Assembly: GCA_964384205.1 (NCBI GenBank)
Contig: CAYLKS010000004.1
Location: 13,301-77,300 of the forward strand
Origin: an uncultured bacterium
Lineage (GTDB): Bacteria > JAGOEH01 > CAYLKS01
Length of the DNA stretch: 64,000 nucleotides
Direction of reading: 5' to 3'
In this document: positions 60,101-64,000 of the stretch, one piece after another
How the letters are laid out: the number at the start of each line of letters is the position of its first letter
How positions within the stretch are numbered: position 1 is the first letter of the stretch
Notes under the pieces: generated by a model
The model's input: the letters and a program-made list of their open reading frames with translations, nothing else
Database searches by the model: none
Told to the model about the DNA's origin: nothing
Translations under genes and position numbers: made by a program

Positions 60101-60297
60101 TTATTTATTATGATAACTCTACAAAAACTTATATGCAATATGATGGTGAAAACTGGAATCAGGTTTCAAAATCAAAAATTGATAAGATATTAAAAGATAA
60201 GGCTTATATTGACATGCCAAATTTAAGTTATTTTACTTTCCTTAATCCTCGTGATATTTTCTTTGGTATTAGTATTAGTTTTGATTTAAAAAAATAA
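57115..60297 (+). CDS. Large TonB-dependent-receptor-like outer-membrane protein with an N-terminal carboxypeptidase-regulatory-like domain; paralogue of 19768..22545
   Basis: It has a signal peptide. The CarbopepD_reg-like N-terminus is TGKIAGKIVDATTGEALVGANVII ... TDIDGYFVILNIPPGVYTVKV, followed by a plug-like segment (LFMVDGISLRDE) and a long Tyr/Gly/Asn-rich barrel. Length ~1060 aa. Confidence 0.65.
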   Translation: MKKSKLFLILLVLFLISSRVFAGTTGKIAGKIVDATTGEALVGANVIITSIWMEGIEIDLPDKMGAATDIDGYFVILNIPPGVYTVKVSMIGYEAKIVNDVRVEIDRTTTLNLKLQETAIQGKEVIVVAKREIIKKDVGASQRSLNADEIKDMPVSDVGDVVGLQAGITSGLSIRGSGSDQTLFMVDGISLRDERTNQPITLVPMSAIQAVSVQTGGFNAEYNNVRSGVVNVVTREGSENRYTFNLTYRNSQPAKKHFGISPYDPNSFWLRPYLDDAVCWTGTDNGAWDYYTRRQYPEFKGWNSISATTVKDDDPNNDLTPYGAQRLFKWQRRKQGDIKRPDYTIDGGFGGPVPFIGKKLGNLRFFLSFRKEQNMYLYQLNTDGITKNALMLKLVSDLTSSTKLTLIGLYGELFATATYGGYTGYYESVYGVATSLNRIGHTSNWRLFTNDYFSRTSQYSNTISAKITHVFDPGTFMEVVLKRDYRNYNTGPGRVRDTTKRYEIFPGYFVDEAPFGFEDDPVFAIDGMGMGGSFSQKRDYSNFTTWTFKADYTTQYNKYNQIKTGFNFVMNRFDLSFGSVNKALPEGNYWTTMKRDPYRTSIYIQDKLEFEGMIATIGLVGDYMDPTGTWYEVEPYDEKFFSTDYNQLVEDTVSKKDAAPRFTLSPRFTISHPISVNSKIYFNYGHFRQQPTSERMYMVRRGVGEKVQYFGNPTLSLARTISYELGYDHALFDNYLVHISGYYKDISDEERWVRYISIDGKVNYYRLTNNNYEDIRGLEIDIAKIKGDWFTGDINYEYRVNTNGYFGTAYYYQNPAEQRDYLRRNVYQEKPKPIPRVKANFDLHTPAKFGPKFFDNHILGAWHANFIFYYTGGSWFTWNPNDKPGIQYNVKWRDSFSSDLKISKVFRYKSASIKFFVDFYNLFNNKNFSGISFYDIHDYYDYMKSLHLSEKTIKELGYNAITGDDKPGDYRKTGVPFQPMEWTNSVYEIPNPNTSVIYYDNSTKTYMQYDGENWNQVSKSKIDKILKDKAYIDMPNLSYFTFLNPRDIFFGISISFDLKK

Positions 60298-60309
60298 AAG
60301 GGATGAGCT

Positions 60310-62346
60310 ATGAGAAAAAACTTAATAATACTTTCTTTGCTACTAATTTTTTCTATAACCTTTGCTGATAAAACAACATGGATGTCCATAGGTTCTCTTC
60401 ATGATTGGTATTCAAGTGCTGGTTGTGAAGTTGAAGTAGGTAGAAGACATGTTATTTCTGATCAGCAAGATGGTTTAAGGTGGAATGCTCAATTTAGATA
60501 TCAGGATATAAAAGCAGCAAAGGCTTTATGGATCGGTGCCAAAAATTATTACGATCCTTTGGTTGAAAAAACTTTTAATTATAAAGTAGTTCATGCAGGC
60601 CCTCGTGTTTTAGATGATCGGTCTGAGTTTATGCCTGTTGAATTTAAAATGTATGGAAAATTTGATAAACCAATGGTTATTGTTGATGGTATTCTTGCTG
60701 GAAGAATACAATATATGGATGATGTAGATGAAGTAGTTGATACATTAAAAGCAGATAGAATGTTGTATAATGTAGTAAATACTTCTATCGGTATTACAAT
60801 GACCCGTAAAATTTATGCTTTTTCCAATCCATATTATGATAATTTCTTTATTTATGATTATGTATTCAAGAATACAGGAATTATAGATAAAAATGGTACT
60901 GTTTATGAACAGACTTTAAATGATGTTTACTTTCTCTGGATGTATAGATATGCTCCTACAAGAGAAGTTTCTGTTTACGGTTATGGTTATCTACCACAAT
61001 CTGTAAGCTGGGGGCATAGTGTTATAAATGATGCTATGGGAGAAGATCCAAATGCTGGAGATCCTTTTAGATGTCAGTTTGCATGGTTAGGTAAACATTC
61101 GAAAGCTGGATTTGACAATATAGGTGGCCCATGGTATAATTTTGATGGAAGATTGGGAGCACCGCAATATGTTGGTAATGTTGTTTTGCATGCTGATAAA
61201 TCTGCTACAGATAAAACAGATGATCCTTATCAACCTATTTCAACTCAATATATCAGTTCTGACGCTCCAATAACTTCTAACAATAATCAATTTAATGAGC
61301 AACAAATGTCTGAAGAATATAACTTTATGATGTCAGGTCATCCTGATCAAACACATGCAGAACTTGTTGGTGATGATTATGCCGATATTGTTGGTGGTTC
61401 TCCCGGAGGATTTTCAGAAAGCGCAGGATTTGGACCATATCAATTAGCGCCTGGGGATAGTATTCATATTGTTATTGCTGAAGGTGTTTCTGGACTTTCA
61501 CGAAGTGAAGCTTTCCGTATTGGTGATATATGGTTAAATGGTGCAGGTCCTTTTAAATTGCCTGATGGTTCTACCACAAATGATAGAGATGAATATAAAG
61601 ATCAATGGGTCTATACTGGTCGTGATTCCATTTTACAAACTTTTGCAAGAGCAATGGAGGTTTATCAAAATGATTTTGAAGTGCCATCGCCTCCACCTCC
61701 ACCTGATCTTTTTGAGGTTAAATCTGGTGGTGATAGAATCAAATTAAAATGGTCAAATAATGCTGAAAGCTGGCCAAATTTTGCCGGATATAGAATTTAC
61801 AGAGCTATTCATGTGCCGGATACTACTTATGAATTGATTTTCGAATGCGGTAAAGGTACAGCCCATCCAGATATAGTTAATGAGTATGATGATATGACTG
61901 CTATCAGAGGTTTTAATTATTATTACTATATAACATCCTTTGATGACGGTTCTACAAACAATATCGAACCAGGTGTTCCTTTAGAAAGTAGTAAATTTTA
62001 TACTATGACCAGTGAACCTGCATATTTAAGAAGACCTCCTTCAAATGATTTAGATGGTATTAGAATAGTTCCTAATCCTTATAATATTAGAGCGCGTGAT
62101 CTTCAGTTCGGTGAAGGTGGTAAAGATAGATTAATGTTTTATAATTTACCTCCTGAGTGTACAATTAAAATTTTTACAGTTAGAGGAGATTTAATAACTA
62201 CTATTGAGCATAATGACGGTAGTGGTGATGAAGAATGGAATTCAATTACTCAATATCGTCAGGTTGTTGTAAGTGGTGTATATATTGCTCATATAGAAAC
62301 ACCAGATGGTAGATCCGTGAATAAGAAATTTATTATTATTCGTTAA
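60310..62346 (+). CDS. Secreted protein with a fibronectin-III-like module and a T9SS C-terminal sorting domain (function unknown)
   Basis: It has a signal peptide. An Fn3-like segment follows a PPPPP linker (DLFEVKSGGDRIKLKWSNNAESWPNFAGYRIYRA). The C-terminal ~90 aa (CTIKIFTVRGDLITTIEHNDGSGDEEWN ... VSGVYIAHIETPDGRSVNKKFIIIR) fit the Por/T9SS CTD pattern. Confidence 0.5.
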   Translation: MRKNLIILSLLLIFSITFADKTTWMSIGSLHDWYSSAGCEVEVGRRHVISDQQDGLRWNAQFRYQDIKAAKALWIGAKNYYDPLVEKTFNYKVVHAGPRVLDDRSEFMPVEFKMYGKFDKPMVIVDGILAGRIQYMDDVDEVVDTLKADRMLYNVVNTSIGITMTRKIYAFSNPYYDNFFIYDYVFKNTGIIDKNGTVYEQTLNDVYFLWMYRYAPTREVSVYGYGYLPQSVSWGHSVINDAMGEDPNAGDPFRCQFAWLGKHSKAGFDNIGGPWYNFDGRLGAPQYVGNVVLHADKSATDKTDDPYQPISTQYISSDAPITSNNNQFNEQQMSEEYNFMMSGHPDQTHAELVGDDYADIVGGSPGGFSESAGFGPYQLAPGDSIHIVIAEGVSGLSRSEAFRIGDIWLNGAGPFKLPDGSTTNDRDEYKDQWVYTGRDSILQTFARAMEVYQNDFEVPSPPPPPDLFEVKSGGDRIKLKWSNNAESWPNFAGYRIYRAIHVPDTTYELIFECGKGTAHPDIVNEYDDMTAIRGFNYYYYITSFDDGSTNNIEPGVPLESSKFYTMTSEPAYLRRPPSNDLDGIRIVPNPYNIRARDLQFGEGGKDRLMFYNLPPECTIKIFTVRGDLITTIEHNDGSGDEEWNSITQYRQVVVSGVYIAHIETPDGRSVNKKFIIIR

Positions 62347-62368
62347 CTATAATATACAGGAGTATTCG

Positions 62369-63088
62369 ATGAAACGACAATTTAATTTTTTAGGCTTATT
62401 TTTTGCTCTCTTTGCAATACTAAGCTTTGCTTTTATGTATTGCTCTGATTACAAAGATGAGACTTATACTATCTCAAAAAATGACGGCACAGCTTGTGAA
62501 AACTTTACCTCAGCTTTTAGAATAGATACTATAGTGGATACTACAGAAGCAACTACTACATATGATACCGTTTATTTAGTTGATACTTTGGTTTCTTTTA
62601 CATTGAATGAATTAGATGACGCCTGGAAAGAAGATACTGTATCTTCTGATTCTGCTATTATCACAAATGAATTTGATAAATTAATTAGCAAATTAACAGA
62701 AAAAGATACAGCATTTGTTCAGGATTCCGCTTCAGATTATAAAAGCCATTCTTCTTTTCAAATTGAAATGGGGAACGCATTATTGAAACTTTCTGAATCT
62801 GAAGATGATACTTCTTATATTATTTTTGATAATAGCAGTAATTCCAATGAAAGTGATGTTATGTTATATTTTGCTGATTATATTGAAGTGAATCTTTGGT
62901 CTTCTTCTGGTAAAGTTATGCCTTATGAAAAAGATAGATTAGACCCTGAAACTGTTGCTTATTGTGATTTTATAAAAACTAAACTTTCTTTCCATGTGGA
63001 AGCTACACAATATATCATTCAGATTATCAGACATGATAAGACATTGAGTAATATCTTTTTAATGGTGTGTTTAAATAAAAATAATTAG
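62369..63088 (+). CDS. Hypothetical secreted/lipoprotein-like protein
   Basis: This 239-aa protein has an N-terminal hydrophobic signal with a Cys (LSFAFMYC), is acidic and Thr/Ser-rich, and has no recognisable motif. Confidence 0.3.
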   Translation: MKRQFNFLGLFFALFAILSFAFMYCSDYKDETYTISKNDGTACENFTSAFRIDTIVDTTEATTTYDTVYLVDTLVSFTLNELDDAWKEDTVSSDSAIITNEFDKLISKLTEKDTAFVQDSASDYKSHSSFQIEMGNALLKLSESEDDTSYIIFDNSSNSNESDVMLYFADYIEVNLWSSSGKVMPYEKDRLDPETVAYCDFIKTKLSFHVEATQYIIQIIRHDKTLSNIFLMVCLNKNN

Positions 63089-63106
63089 CTTTACAGGAGA
63101 TAAATG

Positions 63107-64000
63107 ATGAAAAAGGTTGTTTTATTAATTCTTATATTTTCTATAGCTTTAAGTCTTACTACTGAAGCTAAGGAAAAGCTTGCACAGACTGGTATGCAGT
63201 TTTTAAGTGTTTCTACTGATTCTCGTGCTGCCGGTATGGGAGAAGCTGTTTCTACATTAAATCTTAAATCTACCTCTTTGTTTTTTAATCCTGCTGCAAT
63301 GGCAAATTTAGGTGCTTTGTTTGACGTTACTTTTTCTCAGGTAGGATGGATAGCTGATATAAAAATAAATTCTTTTTCTGCTGCTTTTAGTCCTGCTAAC
63401 GGTATGTATGGCGTTTTCGGCATTACTGTTACAAGTATTGATTACGGCGAAATTGAAGGTACAATGGTATGGTCTAACCCGCAAGGTTATATTGATACAG
63501 AAATTCTAAAACCTTCTGCTTTAGCTGTGGGACTTGGCTATGCTCGAGCTTTATCTGATAAATTCTCTATTGGCGGCCAGGTTAGAATGGTTAAAGAATA
63601 TTTGGGCAAAAGTGTTGTTCCTATTGGTGAAACCGGTGATTATAAAGTAAAGAAAAATTTAGCAAATGCTGTTGCTTTTGATTTCGGTACATTATATAAG
63701 ACAGGTTTCAAAAGTTTAACCATTGGTATGAATATCAGAAATTTTTCAAATGAAATTACCTACGAAGATGAAGGTTTTCAGTTGCCTTTGACTTTCAAAA
63801 TCGGTATATCAATGAATCTTGTAGATCTTATGGATCAGGAAAAATATAAAGCTCATGAACTATATTTATCCATTGATGCAATACACCCGCGCTCTCATTC
63901 AGAACAATTAAATGTTGGTATGGAATACGGATTTTTAAAAACCTTCTATGCAAGATTTGGATATATGTATAATTATGACGAATATGGCATAACTTACGGT
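63107..64000 (+). CDS. FadL/OMPP1-family outer-membrane beta-barrel protein (PorV-like?), with the 3' end outside the window
   Basis: An RBS (CAGGAG) precedes it and it has a signal peptide. The N-terminal GMQFLSVSTDSRAAGMGEAVS ... FFNPAAMANL matches the FadL/TodX/PorV family hallmark (G-x-Q-x ... SARAxGMGGA ... NPAAL). The ORF runs to the window end without a stop. Confidence 0.45.
   Translation, partial: MKKVVLLILIFSIALSLTTEAKEKLAQTGMQFLSVSTDSRAAGMGEAVSTLNLKSTSLFFNPAAMANLGALFDVTFSQVGWIADIKINSFSAAFSPANGMYGVFGITVTSIDYGEIEGTMVWSNPQGYIDTEILKPSALAVGLGYARALSDKFSIGGQVRMVKEYLGKSVVPIGETGDYKVKKNLANAVAFDFGTLYKTGFKSLTIGMNIRNFSNEITYEDEGFQLPLTFKIGISMNLVDLMDQEKYKAHELYLSIDAIHPRSHSEQLNVGMEYGFLKTFYARFGYMYNYDEYGITYG

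Overview
The window is a very AT-rich (~28-30% GC, judged by eye) bacterial chromosomal segment. Strong Shine-Dalgarno sites, a Bacteroidota/FCB-type short primary sigma factor and several type IX secretion (T9SS) cargo proteins point to an FCB-group organism outside Bacteroidota proper, possibly Ignavibacteria, Cloacimonadota or Fibrobacterota.

Most of the window is housekeeping:
- rpsT and era
- a thrA-asd-thrB-thrC operon
- gdhA
- nth, a ZIP transporter and rlmI
- an arginine operon of the N-acyl-ornithine type (argF'-argG-argE-like-argB/GNAT-argC-argH)
- tyrS with a downstream tRNA-Gln(CUG), and sigA
- two paralogous TonB-dependent receptors and a sulfatase
- a TetR/LolA-like/beta-barrel/MMPL exporter cluster

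The one clearly accessory region is a ~12 kb minus-strand cluster (23.6-35.5 kb). It carries a complete chemosensory core (CheA, CheW, CheY, CheB, CheR, CheD) interleaved with a phospho-serine partner-switching module: a REC-PP2C phosphatase, a pseudoREC-GHKL serine kinase, a REC-GHKL-STAS triple fusion, a small STAS-like protein, an Hpt-CheW protein lacking the kinase core, and a tandem-receiver protein with a His-less HK-like tail. There is no MCP, sigma factor or flagellar gene in the cluster or anywhere in the window. I regard this Che-to-partner-switching hybrid as the most likely novel system.

Other points worth a second look:
- an FTCD-like protein translationally coupled to rpsT
- a PilZ protein translationally coupled to era
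- an orphan PqqD-like RRE protein overlapping rlmI
- a structured 665-bp intergenic region with a hairpin that sequesters the RBS of a 30-codon ORF
- a lipid-type operon: CDP-alcohol phosphatidyltransferase, GT2, ParA-like ATPase with an N-terminal extension, HAD hydrolase

No CRISPR array, IS element or phage gene was seen.
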